From: an uncultured Erythrobacter sp.
GTDB lineage: Bacteria; Pseudomonadota; Alphaproteobacteria; Sphingomonadales; Sphingomonadaceae
NCBI GenBank assembly: GCA_947499095.1
Contig: CANMMR010000006.1
Coordinates: 186,664-250,663, forward strand
Length of the DNA: 64,000 nt
Reading direction: 5' to 3'
This document shows, one piece after another, positions 38,516 to 47,934 of the stretch. The notes beneath the pieces were generated by a model. That model was not told the origin of the DNA and did not search any database. It worked only from the letters and a program-made list of their open reading frames with translations. Within the stretch, counting starts at the first letter, position 1. The number at the start of each line of letters is the position of its first letter. Made by a program: the position numbers and the translations under genes.

Positions 38516-39298
38516 CTACATTGTGAAGCCGGGCGGAAGGAAAGCCTCCATCGGGCGCTCGGCGCCGGGCGTTTCCGCGATCAACTGCTCGGTCAGGCCG
38601 ATGCCGAACGGGCTGTAGGCCAGCGCCAGCGACAGCATGAACACGCCTGCGTAGATGCCCAGGCCCCACCAATAGGCGGGATGCACGCGGCCCTGCGCGC
38701 GCTTGTCGGCGATCATGCCGACGACCGGGAAGATCATCGTTACCATGACAGTGATGGTCCAGGCATTGGGGATCATCAGCGGCAGCGGCAGCGGGAGCAG
38801 GCGGCCGAGGCCCGGTCCGGTGAGGATCGCCATAGCGCACAGCATCAGGCGGCGATGCCAGCCGGTATAGCGCCGCCGCATCAGCGCCCACCACGCAAGC
38901 CCGCCGAAGCACCACAGCGTCATGATGTTGCTCCACAGGAACTCGCTGACATGGAAGAAGAACGGCCCGCCGGTGCGCCGCGCGACGACGACCATGACCA
39001 CGGTGCCGAACACCACCATCAGCGGCACCCATAGATAGGCGATTTTCCCGAACTTCGCATGAAGCGACCAGTTGCCTGACGAGGCGGTCACATGCTGGGC
39101 GAGGTAGATGCCGAGCCACGCCATGAAGACGACCGCATGGATGTGATAGGCCAGTGGCACAGCGAAGCTCGACCGACCCATGGCGATGTTAAGGCTGAAG
39201 CCCGCCACGATGATGAACGACATGACGAACGCCATGATCGTGAAGAAGCGCGTATTGCCGCGCGCCTGTGGGCCGGTCTCGATTGCGGCTGTCGCCAT
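38516..39298 (-). CDS. Hypothetical 7-TM membrane protein with conserved His residues
   Basis: YHIHAVVFMAWL, LHAKFG, WHRRLML, RVHPAY hydrophobic pattern. Confidence 0.7.
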   Translation of the reverse strand: MATAAIETGPQARGNTRFFTIMAFVMSFIIVAGFSLNIAMGRSSFAVPLAYHIHAVVFMAWLGIYLAQHVTASSGNWSLHAKFGKIAYLWVPLMVVFGTVVMVVVARRTGGPFFFHVSEFLWSNIMTLWCFGGLAWWALMRRRYTGWHRRLMLCAMAILTGPGLGRLLPLPLPLMIPNAWTITVMVTMIFPVVGMIADKRAQGRVHPAYWWGLGIYAGVFMLSLALAYSPFGIGLTEQLIAETPGAERPMEAFLPPGFTM

Positions 39299-39380
39299 GG
39301 TGCTCGATCTCCCCCCGGGATGTGCCAAGCGACCTGTTCTGTTTGAGAAGGGTTATGCCGCGCCGCGCGAAAAAATCAAA

Positions 39381-40079
39381 TCAGGGCGCGTCTTCGCCTT
39401 CGAAGCGGACCTTGACCGTCACACCGCCATAGCCTGCGACCTGTAGCGGGATGGCGAGATTCTGGCGCACCGCATCCTTGGCCGCTTGCCGGGCGAGCGC
39501 GAGAACCTCCGGATTTTTCGCAAAGGCGACGGCCTTGCGCTCCGCCTGCTGCGAATTGTTGCGCGCGAGATCGACGCTGGCGTCGCGGCTGACGTAGGTG
39601 CCCTCGGTAAAGGTCTTGGCCCGGGCCTCGTCTAGATTGGGGCGAGAAATACGCAGGGTGGGGATGGTAACGTCGAGCGTTTCGGCTTCTGCGTCCCAGA
39701 CGAACTGGTCGCGGTCCATGCCCGACAGGTCGAGGCGATATTCCACGTTTGCCGGAATGATTGCCGCCTGCCTGCTTTCCAATAGATCGACGCCGAGGAT
39801 GCCGCGCCGATCCTCGCTCTCGGCAACGACTTCGAAGCGTGACGAGAAAACGGTCAGCGAATTCTGCTTCTCGAAGGCGAGCATCGCGCTGCCGACCGGG
39901 TCGCCCTCTTCTTCGTAAAGGAATGCGCGCCAGCCCAGCCATGCGACAGCGGCCAGCAACAGTATCACGATGAGCCAAGGTGCCGCCTGCGTGCGGGCGA
40001 GCGGTTGGTCGCGGCGGACTTCGGGAGAGATCGAGCTGCGCTCGTCGGTTCTCAGGTCGGTTTTCAGATCGTTCGCCAT
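39381..40079 (-). CDS. DUF4230-domain protein
   Basis: Single TM, then IIPANVEYRLDLS...TLDVTIP. Confidence 0.75.
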   Translation of the reverse strand: MANDLKTDLRTDERSSISPEVRRDQPLARTQAAPWLIVILLLAAVAWLGWRAFLYEEEGDPVGSAMLAFEKQNSLTVFSSRFEVVAESEDRRGILGVDLLESRQAAIIPANVEYRLDLSGMDRDQFVWDAEAETLDVTIPTLRISRPNLDEARAKTFTEGTYVSRDASVDLARNNSQQAERKAVAFAKNPEVLALARQAAKDAVRQNLAIPLQVAGYGGVTVKVRFEGEDAP

Positions 40080-40936
40080 TGCTCGCCAGAACGTGCGACC
40101 TGCCCGCGGCGTTCCAGATCGAGCAGATGCGCGGTCACCGACATTTCCGCCGCCTTGTGCAGCTTCGGGTCGAGGCCCTTGTACATCTTCGGCACGAACT
40201 CGCTTGCGCCAAGCGGACTTTCGCCGAGCAGGCGCAGGATCTGGTTCTCGCGCTGGCGGCGGTGCCCGATCATGCCGCGCACCAGCTGGCGCGGTTTCTC
40301 CACCGCTTCGCCATGCGCGGGATAGAACACCGTATCCTCGCGCCCGTAGAGCTTCTCGAGGCTGAGCATGTAATCGCCCATGTCGCCGTCGGGCGGGATC
40401 ACCACGCTGGTCGACCAGCCCATGATATGATCGCCGGTGAACAGCGCACCGCTTTCTTCCAGCGCGAAGCAGAGGTGGTTGGAGACGTGGCCGGGCGTCG
40501 CAACCGCGGTCAGCGTCCAGCCGGGGCCGGTCATCTGCTCGCCATCCTCCATCACTCGATCGGGCTCGTAGGTGCGGTCGAACGCGGCATCGGTGCGCGG
40601 GCCGCTGTCGTCGAGCACCAGCGGCGCACAACCGACGATGGGCGCGCCGGTTCGCCTGGCGAGCGGCGCGGCGGCAGGCGAATGGTCGCGGTGCGTATGC
40701 GTGCACATGATCGCGCAGACATGCTCCTCGCCGATCGCGGCATCGAGCGCGAGCAGGTGCTCCTGCTCGTCCGGGCCCGGGTCGATCACCGCGCAACCAT
40801 CGCCGAGGCCGATGATGTAGGTCTGCGTCCCGGTATAGGTATAGGGCGAGGGATTGGGCGCGAGCACCCGGCGCACCAGCGGTTCGAGCTGCATCGCTTC
40901 GCCGGTCGGCCAGGGTTTGGGGGGAGGGCCTGCCAT
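40064..40936 (-). CDS. MBL-fold metallo-hydrolase
   Basis: THTHRDH, TPGHVSNH, LFTGDH, YPAHG. Confidence 0.92.
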   Translation of the reverse strand: MAGPPPKPWPTGEAMQLEPLVRRVLAPNPSPYTYTGTQTYIIGLGDGCAVIDPGPDEQEHLLALDAAIGEEHVCAIMCTHTHRDHSPAAAPLARRTGAPIVGCAPLVLDDSGPRTDAAFDRTYEPDRVMEDGEQMTGPGWTLTAVATPGHVSNHLCFALEESGALFTGDHIMGWSTSVVIPPDGDMGDYMLSLEKLYGREDTVFYPAHGEAVEKPRQLVRGMIGHRRQRENQILRLLGESPLGASEFVPKMYKGLDPKLHKAAEMSVTAHLLDLERRGQVARSGEQWRTI

Positions 40937-40998
40937 GGCCTTGCATATGGGGCTTCGGATGCGCCATGTCACCTCCCGCTGCATGCAAGGGAGAGAGC

Positions 40999-42462
40999 AT
41001 GGCCGACCGCATCCTCGTACTCGACGCCGGAACCACCTCTACGCGCGCGATGATTTTCGCACCCAACGGGACAATGGAAGCGGTGGAGCAGGCGGAGATC
41101 ACGCAATACTACCCCCAGCCCGGCTGGGTCGAGCACGATGCGGCGGAGATCTGGGACAAGACGCTCGCCTGCGCGCGGCAGGTCGTGGGCGAGGCGCCAG
41201 GGCGGATTGCGGCCATCGGAATCACCAACCAGCGCGAAACGGTGGTGGCGTGGGACAGAAATTCGGGTCCACCGCTGGCCCGGGCGATCGTGTGGCAGGA
41301 CCGGCGCACGGCCACATACTGCGCGGACATGAAAAGCTACGGCCACGAAGAAAGCGTGCAACAGCGCACCGGCCTGATGCTCGATCCCTACTTCTCCGGT
41401 ACCAAGATGCGCTGGCTGCTCGATCATGACGAGGCGGTGCGAGCGGCCTCGCAGCTGGGCGATCTGGCCTTTGGCACGGTAGAGAGCTGGCTGGTCTACA
41501 AGCTGTCTGGCGGCGCGCATGTGAGCGATGCCAGCAATGCCAGCCGCACGCTGCTGCTCGCACTCGACGGCGCGCAATTCGACGAGCAGCTATGCGAACT
41601 GTTCGGCGTGCCGCGCGCCGCACTGCCGGAGGTGGTGGACACGCACGGGGCCATCGCGATCGCGCAGGCGCAATGTCTCGGCGCGGAAATCCCGATCTGC
41701 GGGCTGGCAGGCGATCAGCAGTCGGCGACCATCGGGCAGGGCTGCCTCGCATTCGGGGAGACCAAGGCGACTTATGGCACCGGGGCATTCGTGCTGACCA
41801 ATAAGGGGCAGGACATTCCGCGCTCCGATAACCGGCTGCTGGGTACGGTGCTATACCAGGAAGCCGGCCAGCGGACCTATGCGATCGAAGGCGCGTGTTT
41901 CGTCGCGGGCAGCCTCGTCCAATATCTGCGCGACCAACTGGGCCTGATCGGATCGGCGGCGGAGACGGAGGAGCTCGCCCGCTCCATCGAGAGCAGCGGC
42001 GAGGTGGTAATCGTTCCGGCCCTGGCAGGGCTGGGGGCCCCGCACTGGAAGCCCGATGCACGCGGGGTCATCTCGGGCCTCAGCTTCGCCAGTGGCCGCG
42101 CACAGATCGCCCGCGCCGCGCTGGAGGCGATGGCGCACCAGACGCACGATCTCGCCAGCGCCTTCGCCGCCGACGGTGCGCCGTGGTCGACGCTGCGCAT
42201 CGACGGCGGGATGAGCGCGAACGACTGGATGGCGCAGGACCTCGCGAACATCCTCGACATCGCGGTCGAGCGGCCCGATTTCGTCGAAACGACCGCGCTG
42301 GGTGCGGCCATCCTCGCGGCTGTAGGTGCTGGCCTCCATCCGACACTCGCGGCGGCGGCGGACGCCATGCGCGGCAGGGGGAGGTCCTTCAAACCGGATA
42401 TGTCGAAGGATGTACGCGAAGCGAGGCTGGCCCGCTACGCACGCGCACTCGCCGCCGCCTGA
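40999..42462 (+). CDS. glpK: Glycerol kinase (FGGY family)
   Basis: DAGTTSTR, GITNQRET, VWQDRRT, DPYFSGTK, GDQQSA, KATYGTG. Confidence 0.92.
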   Translation: MADRILVLDAGTTSTRAMIFAPNGTMEAVEQAEITQYYPQPGWVEHDAAEIWDKTLACARQVVGEAPGRIAAIGITNQRETVVAWDRNSGPPLARAIVWQDRRTATYCADMKSYGHEESVQQRTGLMLDPYFSGTKMRWLLDHDEAVRAASQLGDLAFGTVESWLVYKLSGGAHVSDASNASRTLLLALDGAQFDEQLCELFGVPRAALPEVVDTHGAIAIAQAQCLGAEIPICGLAGDQQSATIGQGCLAFGETKATYGTGAFVLTNKGQDIPRSDNRLLGTVLYQEAGQRTYAIEGACFVAGSLVQYLRDQLGLIGSAAETEELARSIESSGEVVIVPALAGLGAPHWKPDARGVISGLSFASGRAQIARAALEAMAHQTHDLASAFAADGAPWSTLRIDGGMSANDWMAQDLANILDIAVERPDFVETTALGAAILAAVGAGLHPTLAAAADAMRGRGRSFKPDMSKDVREARLARYARALAAA

Positions 42463-42924
42463 TCAGCCGCCAACGCCGAAGGCTTGCGCGAGGCGGTCCC
42501 GCATGGCCTGCACCGGCGCTTCCGCCTGTTCTTCCGCGCGCCGCATCTCTCGGTCCAGCCGGGCTACGCGGGCGTGGAGGTCCTCGCTTTCGCGAATGAG
42601 AGCGCGGGTTTCGGGCTCCAGCGCTTCGAGATTGGCGGGATCGGCACTGCGCTCTTCCGGCAGCTCGTTATGGCGAGCGAGCTGCGCGGCGGAGAGTTCG
42701 CCTGCCAGAAAGGCCCGCTGGTTGAGAAGCCACGCGAGCACATGCATCACGCGGGTAGTGGTTCGCAGCCCCTCGATCGACAGGGCGATTTTCAGGCTGT
42801 CGCTGGCGTTGTCGCCTTTCTCGCCGATCCGCAGGTCGAACACGGCGCGTGCATCGTCGGCCAGCAACAGGGCTTCCGAATACAGATCCTCGATGATCTC
42901 GTGATTGATGTTGCGAGCCGACAT
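42463..42924 (-). CDS. rcdA: DUF1465 / regulator of CtrA degradation RcdA-like protein
   Basis: DLYSEALLLADDARAVFD, EGLRTTTRVMHVLAWLLNQRA. Confidence 0.75.
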   Translation of the reverse strand: MSARNINHEIIEDLYSEALLLADDARAVFDLRIGEKGDNASDSLKIALSIEGLRTTTRVMHVLAWLLNQRAFLAGELSAAQLARHNELPEERSADPANLEALEPETRALIRESEDLHARVARLDREMRRAEEQAEAPVQAMRDRLAQAFGVGG

Positions 42925-43014
42925 TCGCTCCGGATTACGCCCCGGTCGCGAAGGTGACCAGCGCGTTTACCATGATGTCTCTCGGCGGCACGACCAAGCG
43001 CAGCACGCGGGCGG

Positions 43015-43224
43015 TCAGGCGATGATATCAGGCAGCAAGGTGTCTTCTATAATGGCGATGCGGTCCTTGAGTTGCAACTTGCGCTTCTTCAGCCGCGCGA
43101 TCTGCAACTGGTCGACGAACCCGCCGCCGTCGCCCGCATCGGACAGGGCCGCGATGGCGGCATCGAGATCGCGATGCTCGCTCCGCAACATCTCCAGCCT
43201 CTTGCGCAGCTCCTGCTCGTTCAC
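43015..43224 (-). CDS. DUF465 (YdcH-family) small protein
   Basis: LRSEHRDLDAAI...RLKKRKLQLKDRI...PDIIA; GTG start. Confidence 0.88.
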   Translation of the reverse strand: MNEQELRKRLEMLRSEHRDLDAAIAALSDAGDGGGFVDQLQIARLKKRKLQLKDRIAIIEDTLLPDIIA

Positions 43225-43376
43225 GTCCGTCCTTCCCGCATGTCGTTTCGTCGCATGGCCCGCAGTTGGGCCTTTGTAAATCGGCAATACTATGATCACA
43301 TAATGGTCACGCGGCCCGTGCCGCACGGCACGAGTCGCTTCTTGGGGTCGCTTTAAACCCGTAAGGAGACAGACTG

Positions 43377-43532
43377 ATGCAATCATCCCATGTCGATGCG
43401 CTCAAAGCCAAGCACGCCGGTCTCGAGGCCCGCCTGCATGCGGAACAGATAAGGCCGGCGCCCGACGTAGCGATGATCCAGCAGATCAAGAAGCAGAAGC
43501 TCAAGATCAAGGAAGAGCTCGCAACCTGTTGA
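43377..43532 (+). CDS. DUF465 (YdcH-family) small protein, 51 aa, below the ORF-track cutoff
   Basis: TAAGGAG RBS; MQSSHVDALKAKHAGLEARLHAEQIRPAPDVAMIQQIKKQKLKIKEELATC. Confidence 0.85.
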   Translation: MQSSHVDALKAKHAGLEARLHAEQIRPAPDVAMIQQIKKQKLKIKEELATC

Positions 43533-43549
43533 TCCTGCACCAGGCGGAG

Positions 43550-43570
43550 GCGGGGTGCATGCCCCGCTTT
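43550..43570 (+). terminator. Probable rho-independent terminator
   Basis: GCGGGG/CCCCGC stem followed by TTT. Confidence 0.5.
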
Positions 43571-43602
43571 CGCCGAGCCGGGGTTTTGCTATAGGCAAGG
43601 GC

Positions 43603-45873
43603 ATGTCCGCTGCCGCATCCGCCCGCCAGATCCTAACCCGCCTGCACGAAATCATGGCCGGGCGCACGCACGCCCAGCACAAGCTCGATCGCGTGGTCGA
43701 AGTTATCGCCGAAAGCCTCGATAGCGAGGTCTGCTCGATATACCTGCTGCGGGAAGGCGCGCTGGAGCTGTTTGCGACGCAAGGGCTCAATCCCAGCGCC
43801 GTCCACGTGACCCGCATGGCGGTGGGCGAGGGGCTGACCGGCACGATTGCCAAGAATATCGAGACGCTCAACCTCGCCGAGGCGAAAGCGCATCCCGACT
43901 TCCTCTATCGCCCCGAAACGGGCGAGGAGAAATTCCACTCCTTCGCCGGCGTCCCCATCGTCTACCGCGAACGCGCGGTAGGTGTGCTGTGCGTCCAGCA
44001 TGTCGAGCCGCGGCGTTACGAAGATGTCGAGATCGAGGCGCTGCAAACCACCGCGATGATCCTGTCAGAACTGATCGCCCACAAGGAGCTGGTCGACGAC
44101 GAGGAGGCGATCGACTTCGGCGAAGCGCATACCGAGACCGAGGTGATCGAGGGGCTGACGCTGGTGAAGGGCCTCGCTTCGGGCAGGGCCGTTTTCCACC
44201 AGCCGCGTATCGAGATCGACCAGGTCGTGGCCGAAGACATCGAGGCCGAGCGCCAGCGCGTCTACCGCGCCTTCGACAAGATGCGCGAACAGATCGATGC
44301 GCTCGGCAAGGAGCCGGAGTTCGGCAAGGGCGGCGAGCATGTCGAGGTGCTCGAGACCTACAAGATGTTCGCCTATGACGAAGGCTGGAGCCGCCGGATC
44401 AACGAGGCGATCGACAGCGGCCTGACGGCCGAAGCGGCGATCGAGCGCGTGCAGCAGCGCACCCGGATGCGCATGCGCGAGATCGACGATCCGTTGCTCG
44501 CCGACCGGATGCATGATCTGGAGGACCTTTCGAACAGGTTGCTGCGGATCGTCTCTGGCCAGCTCGGAACGGCGGCAACGCAGGGCTTGCGACGCGATTC
44601 CATCCTGATTGCCCGCAATCTCGGCCCAGCCGAATTACTCGAATACGACCGTCGCCGCCTCAAGGGCGTTGTGCTGGAAGAAGGCTCGCTCACCGCGCAT
44701 GTGGTGATCGTGGCGCGGGCGATGGGCATTCCCCTGCTGGGCCGCGCCGACGGGGTGCGTGCGCGGGTGAGCGAGGGCGATGAAATCTTGCTCGACGCGG
44801 ACAAGGCGACCGTGACCCTGCGGCCCGGCGCGGCCTTGATGGACGCCTTCGAGGCCCGATTCGTCAAGAAGCGCGAGCAACAGGCGACCTATGCCGAACT
44901 GCGCGCCGTCGAGCCCTTCACGCGTGACGGCACGCGCATCACGGTGATGATGAATGCCGGCCTGCGCGACGATATGAGCATGCTGCAGCTCACCGGTGCC
45001 GACGGCGTCGGCCTGTTTCGCACCGAATTCCAGTTCCTCGTTTCCGCCACCCTGCCGCAGCGCGACCGGCAGTTGCGGCTCTACCGCGACGTGCTCGACG
45101 CGGCGGGCGACAAGCCGGTGATCTTCCGCACGGTCGATATCGGCGGCGACAAGGCGGTGCCTTATCTGAACACGCAAGTCGGCGAGCGGGACGAGAACCC
45201 CGCCATGGGCTGGCGCGCCCTGCGTTTGTCGCTGGAACGCGAAGGCTTATTGAAGGCGCAGGCGCGTGCTTTGCTGGAGGCGGCCGCAGGGCGGCAGCTT
45301 TCGGTGATGTTCCCAATGGTCTCCGAACCGTGGGAATTCGACGCGGCGAAAGCTGTATTCGAAAACCAGCTCGCCTTCCTGCGCGATCGGCGTCATGTCG
45401 TGCCGGAGACGATCGAGTACGGTTGCATGCTGGAGGTGCCGGCGCTGGCCGAATGCCTCGACCAGCTCGTTCCGCGCCTGTCGTTTATTTCGGTCGGAAC
45501 CAACGACCTCACCCAGTTCCTGTTCGCCGCCGACCGCGCAAATCCCAAGCTGGCCGAGCGGTACGACTGGCTCAGCCCGGCGATTCTGCGATTCCTCAAG
45601 CGGGTGTCGGACACCGTCGTCGGCCAGCCGGTCAGGATCGGCGTGTGCGGCGAAATGGGCGGGCGCAGGCTGGAAGCGATCGCGCTGCTCGGCATCGGCT
45701 ACCGCCGCCTGTCGATCACGCCGGCCGCGGTGGGCCCGATCAAGGAACTGGTGCGCAAGATCGACCTCAAGGAGATCACCGAGCAGATGTCGCAGTGGCT
45801 GCTCAGCCCGCCGCCCGACATGCGAGCCGCGCTCAAGGCCTGGGCCGAGAAACGTGATATCGAGGTCGACTGA
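43603..45873 (+). CDS. ptsP: PEP-protein phosphotransferase EI(Ntr) with GAF domain
   Basis: N-terminal GAF, GSLTAHVVI phospho-His, GLFRTEFQF, NPAMGWRALR, GTNDLTQF. Confidence 0.95.
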   Translation: MSAAASARQILTRLHEIMAGRTHAQHKLDRVVEVIAESLDSEVCSIYLLREGALELFATQGLNPSAVHVTRMAVGEGLTGTIAKNIETLNLAEAKAHPDFLYRPETGEEKFHSFAGVPIVYRERAVGVLCVQHVEPRRYEDVEIEALQTTAMILSELIAHKELVDDEEAIDFGEAHTETEVIEGLTLVKGLASGRAVFHQPRIEIDQVVAEDIEAERQRVYRAFDKMREQIDALGKEPEFGKGGEHVEVLETYKMFAYDEGWSRRINEAIDSGLTAEAAIERVQQRTRMRMREIDDPLLADRMHDLEDLSNRLLRIVSGQLGTAATQGLRRDSILIARNLGPAELLEYDRRRLKGVVLEEGSLTAHVVIVARAMGIPLLGRADGVRARVSEGDEILLDADKATVTLRPGAALMDAFEARFVKKREQQATYAELRAVEPFTRDGTRITVMMNAGLRDDMSMLQLTGADGVGLFRTEFQFLVSATLPQRDRQLRLYRDVLDAAGDKPVIFRTVDIGGDKAVPYLNTQVGERDENPAMGWRALRLSLEREGLLKAQARALLEAAAGRQLSVMFPMVSEPWEFDAAKAVFENQLAFLRDRRHVVPETIEYGCMLEVPALAECLDQLVPRLSFISVGTNDLTQFLFAADRANPKLAERYDWLSPAILRFLKRVSDTVVGQPVRIGVCGEMGGRRLEAIALLGIGYRRLSITPAAVGPIKELVRKIDLKEITEQMSQWLLSPPPDMRAALKAWAEKRDIEVD

Positions 45874-46032
45874 GCGACGCGGGTTAATTTCGTCGCGCAT
45901 GCAGCGCGGCTCGCCGGTTTGCCCTCAGCATGCTACAGGCTGTGCTTGACAGCCGGAGCGCTGCGCCGCTTTCAGCGGCAAGACGGAAAATGAGGGCGGC
46001 ACCAAGCCGCACGGTCGCCAATCGGGATTAGC

Positions 46033-46869
46033 ATGGAAGATAATGAAACTGTCGATGAACCGGCGCCCGCCGCCTCGACCGAGACGGTAGGCGCGAGGCT
46101 GCGCGCGGCGCGCGAAGCTGCAGGGTACGAACTCGAGCAGGTAGCGGCGGAGACCCGCATCCCGCACCGGCACCTGGTTTCGATCGAAGCCGACGATTTC
46201 GCGGCGCTGCCTTCTCGTACCTACGCCATCGGCTTCAGCCGGACCTATGCCCGCGCCGTCGGACTAGACGAGCAAGAGGTCATCGGCCAGGTTCGCGAAC
46301 AACTCGCCTCGGGCGACGGCGGGGAGCGGATGACGCCTGCCAAGTTCGAACCGGGCGATCCGGCGCGTGTCCCCGGGCGCGGCCTCGCGTGGTTCGGGCT
46401 GATCGCGGCGCTGTTGTTGGTCGGCGGAATCTTCGCATTCTATCGCAGCTATCTTGCCCCCGGCCTCGGCCCGGCACCGCTGCAGGACGAAACCGAGCAG
46501 GTCGCCGCGGCCGAGGCTGCGCCGACCGCCACGCCGACGCAGGCGGCTCCCTCGGGTCCGGTGGTCTTCACCAATAGCATGGAAGGCACTTGGGTGCGCT
46601 TCTACGATGGCGAGGGCGAGACGCTGTTCGAAGGAATCATGGCCGAAGGTGACACCTATACGGTACCGGAGGATGCCAGCGAGCCGCAGATCCGCACCGG
46701 GCGTCCCTATGCCTTCACGATCACCGTGGGCGGACGCAGCGTGCCGAAGATTTCGGAGGAGGACGAGGTCGTAAGCGACGTTCCTGTCGATGCGGAATCG
46801 CTGACGCAGCGCAGCGCCGCCCCGGCGGCGGAACCGGCTGCTACGGCGACTGCAACGCCCGCGACCTGA
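46033..46869 (+). CDS. rodZ: RodZ-like HTH/DUF4115 membrane protein
   Basis: VGARLRAARE...ETRI...YAIGFSRTYAR, one TM, C-terminal IRTGRP domain. Confidence 0.85.
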   Translation: MEDNETVDEPAPAASTETVGARLRAAREAAGYELEQVAAETRIPHRHLVSIEADDFAALPSRTYAIGFSRTYARAVGLDEQEVIGQVREQLASGDGGERMTPAKFEPGDPARVPGRGLAWFGLIAALLLVGGIFAFYRSYLAPGLGPAPLQDETEQVAAAEAAPTATPTQAAPSGPVVFTNSMEGTWVRFYDGEGETLFEGIMAEGDTYTVPEDASEPQIRTGRPYAFTITVGGRSVPKISEEDEVVSDVPVDAESLTQRSAAPAAEPAATATATPAT

Positions 46870-46974
46870 TCCTTGCATTTGCAAGAGAGGGGAAAAGCTC
46901 CTTCACCGGCTCGACAGCTTCGGGGGGGTAGGGCAATTTCCATGATGACGAATTTCCGGACAGGAGCCCAGCCG

Positions 46975-47934
46975 ATGAGTTTCGGACGCAGCCTACGTGC
47001 CACCGGCCTCGGTGCCGCCATGATCGCCCTGCTCGCGACGGCCACGCCGGCCTTGCCGCAGGACGACAACGCAGAGAACCGCATCCGCCGCTTGGAGAGC
47101 GAAGTGCGCGCGCTCCAGCGCAAAGTGTTCCCCGGTGGCGACGGACGCTATTTCGAGCCCGAAATCAGCGCGCAACCGAGTGTGGACTCGACGGCAAATA
47201 CGTCCTCGACCACCGCGGTTACCGACATCCTCGCGCGGCTCGATGCGTTGGAATCGCAGCTGCAGGCGCAGACGTCGCAGATCGAGGAGAACGCCAATGC
47301 GCTGCGTCTGCTGACGACGCGGCTCGAGGCGATAGAAGGGGCGCGCGTGTCGCCTTCCACCTCAGCGCCAGGCGCATCGTCGCCAGCCACCACGCCTGCC
47401 GACGACAACGACAGCATCGTCTCGCCCTCGACCGATGCCGTCGCCCGCAACACCGCGAGCATGACCGGAACGAGCAGCGCGGCACAGGGTCCGAGCGCGG
47501 AGCGTCTCGCCGCGGTACAGGCGATCGCCAAACCGCAGACCGACGATCCGGCGGACGACGAATATTCCTACGGCTTCCGCCTGTGGGATGCCGGCTTCTA
47601 TCCGGAAGCGCAGCAACAGCTGACCATGTTCGTCGAGCAGAACCCGTCGCACTGGCGCGCGACCTATGGCCGCAATCTGCTAGGCCGCGCTTATCTCGAC
47701 GATGGCAAGGCGCGCGAGGCGGCCCCGTGGTTCCTAAAGAACTACCAGGACGACAAGGGCGGTGCGCGGGCCGGCGACAGCCTGCTCTACCTCGCCGAGG
47801 CGATGATCGCCCTCGACGACACCAACCGCGCCTGCATCGCGCTGGCCGAGTTCGCGGAGACCTATCCCGAACTCGCGGGGGGACGGCTGAGCGGCCAATA
47901 CGCAACGCAGCGCAGCCGGGTGACCTGCAATTGA
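46975..47934 (+). CDS. cpoB: Tol-Pal-associated CpoB/YbgF-like TPR protein
   Basis: Signal peptide, coiled coil, TPR (NLLGRAYL...AGDSLLYLAEAM...ACIAL); CAGGAG RBS. Confidence 0.8.
   Translation: MSFGRSLRATGLGAAMIALLATATPALPQDDNAENRIRRLESEVRALQRKVFPGGDGRYFEPEISAQPSVDSTANTSSTTAVTDILARLDALESQLQAQTSQIEENANALRLLTTRLEAIEGARVSPSTSAPGASSPATTPADDNDSIVSPSTDAVARNTASMTGTSSAAQGPSAERLAAVQAIAKPQTDDPADDEYSYGFRLWDAGFYPEAQQQLTMFVEQNPSHWRATYGRNLLGRAYLDDGKAREAAPWFLKNYQDDKGGARAGDSLLYLAEAMIALDDTNRACIALAEFAETYPELAGGRLSGQYATQRSRVTCN

Noticed and set aside
39381-41102. 573-aa ORF suggesting a large fusion
   Set aside because: The upstream part is an off-frame overlap of the MBL hydrolase gene. DUF4230 starts at 40079.
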